Of a stretch of 62,662 bases of DNA, positions 61,997-62,662 are shown in pieces. This DNA is from an uncultured Fibrobacteraceae bacterium (GTDB lineage Bacteria > Krumholzibacteriota > Krumholzibacteriia > LZORAL124-64-63), in contig CAZJGK010000004.1 of assembly GCA_964545545.1 (NCBI GenBank), positions 1 to 62,662 of the forward strand, written 5' to 3'. The stretch's first letter is position 1. Each line of letters starts with the position of its first letter. A program made the position numbers and the translations under genes. The notes beneath the pieces are model-generated. The model saw only the letters and a list, made by a program, of their open reading frames with translations, had not been told where the DNA came from and made no database searches.

Positions 61997-62662
61997 ATGC
62001 GCTGCAACAAGGCCCGCCACTATTTGAGCCAGGCCATGGATGAACAACTGCCGCCGGCAGTCACCGGGGAGCTTGATGCTCACCTGGATAATTGCGGGCC
62101 ATGTTGCGAATTCCGCGCCGACCTGGCCGCGGGACGCCGCCTGCTGGCTGCCACGACCCCCAATTTGCCCGACAACTTCGACTGGCGGCTGCAACTCAAG
62201 CTCAACCAGGCGTTGCAGCGGGTCGCCGGCGAGACGGCCTACCCCTGGCATGACGAGCCCAGGCCAAGGCGGGGTTGGCTGGGGCCTTTCGCTACGGCTT
62301 CGGCTTTCGGCCTGGCTGCGGTCTTGATTCTCGCCGTGTTTTGGGGACCCGTAGCGGAAATGCCTCAGATGGCTTCCGTGCCGCAGGGGAACTTTCTGAC
62401 GGCCACGCCGGGGCTCCGCGGGGTTACCGATAGACTTCCGTTGACTTCAAACCGCCAACTCATGCCCTTCGCCAACATGGGTGGAATCCAGCATTCGGTA
62501 TCGAGGACCGGAAGCCGTGGGTCCGATGTCGGCGGGACATTTTCCCTTGACCGTGGCTGGTCAGGCAATCACCTGCAGGATCTGATGACTATCCAGGAAC
62601 TGCGGTTGCGGAATCAACGTCTCAATAACCAGATTTTCCAGTACCAGCGACAACTTTCCATT
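61997..62662 (+). CDS. Anti-sigma factor with zinc-finger (ZAS) motif, 3' end outside window
   Basis: Not in the ORF track because the frame stays open to the window end. My translation begins MRCNKARHYLSQAMDEQLPP...HLDNCGPCCEF (HxxxCxxC). A TM segment follows (FATASAFGLAAVLILAVFWG). Confidence 0.8.
   Translation, partial: MRCNKARHYLSQAMDEQLPPAVTGELDAHLDNCGPCCEFRADLAAGRRLLAATTPNLPDNFDWRLQLKLNQALQRVAGETAYPWHDEPRPRRGWLGPFATASAFGLAAVLILAVFWGPVAEMPQMASVPQGNFLTATPGLRGVTDRLPLTSNRQLMPFANMGGIQHSVSRTGSRGSDVGGTFSLDRGWSGNHLQDLMTIQELRLRNQRLNNQIFQYQRQLSI

Noticed and set aside
62040-62568. Track ORFs 62040-62327 (+) and 62365-62568 (-).
   Set aside because: Both overlap the open anti-sigma frame (61997 to the window end), which has a ZAS motif and a TM segment. 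The alternatives show no motifs.

Overview
GC-rich bacterial (diderm) chromosomal segment. About 60 genes are packed tightly and all but one lie on the + strand. Most long minus-strand ORFs in the six-frame track are GC-driven shadow frames of real + strand genes. There are four main blocks. (1) 2-12393: an operon-like outer-membrane/surface cluster with a PorV-like barrel, an M6-type HEFGH metalloprotease carrying FG-GAP repeats and a T9SS-type C-terminal sorting domain, two tandem paralogues of unknown function, an NHL-propeller lipoprotein, a 1148-aa beta-barrel protein and an Omp85 protein. (2) 12447-24531: ligA, a DinG-type helicase, hutH-hutI, a TPR/acidic protein, and an unusual in-frame fusion of a multi-TM domain with a TonB-dependent-receptor-like barrel. 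(3) 24588-42099: comEA followed by a complete type IVa pilus cluster in the order pilB-pilT-pilC-pilS-pilR, three pilin-like genes, an ABC ATPase/permease/TPR-like membrane protein/pilD unit, then pilMNOPQ. I found three sigma-54 -24/-12 promoters here, all with the core TGGCAT-N5-TTGC. (4) 42111-62662: housekeeping genes, namely aroK, rsmD, coaD, obg, dprA, an LpxL-like acyltransferase, split heptose genes, sucCD, ndk, yceD-rpmF-plsX-fabD-fabG-acpP-fabF-rnc, a TPR protein, and an ECF sigma/anti-sigma pair. rpmF and the 3'-truncated anti-sigma gene are absent from the supplied ORF track. No rRNA, tRNA, CRISPR array or transposase was seen. The most interesting items are the outer-membrane cluster of unknown function, the membrane-domain/TBDR-like fusion, the sigma-54-wired pilus cluster with its non-canonical pilin-like gene, and the ABC/TPR genes translationally coupled to pilD. 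All family assignments come from reading motifs only; no database search was possible.
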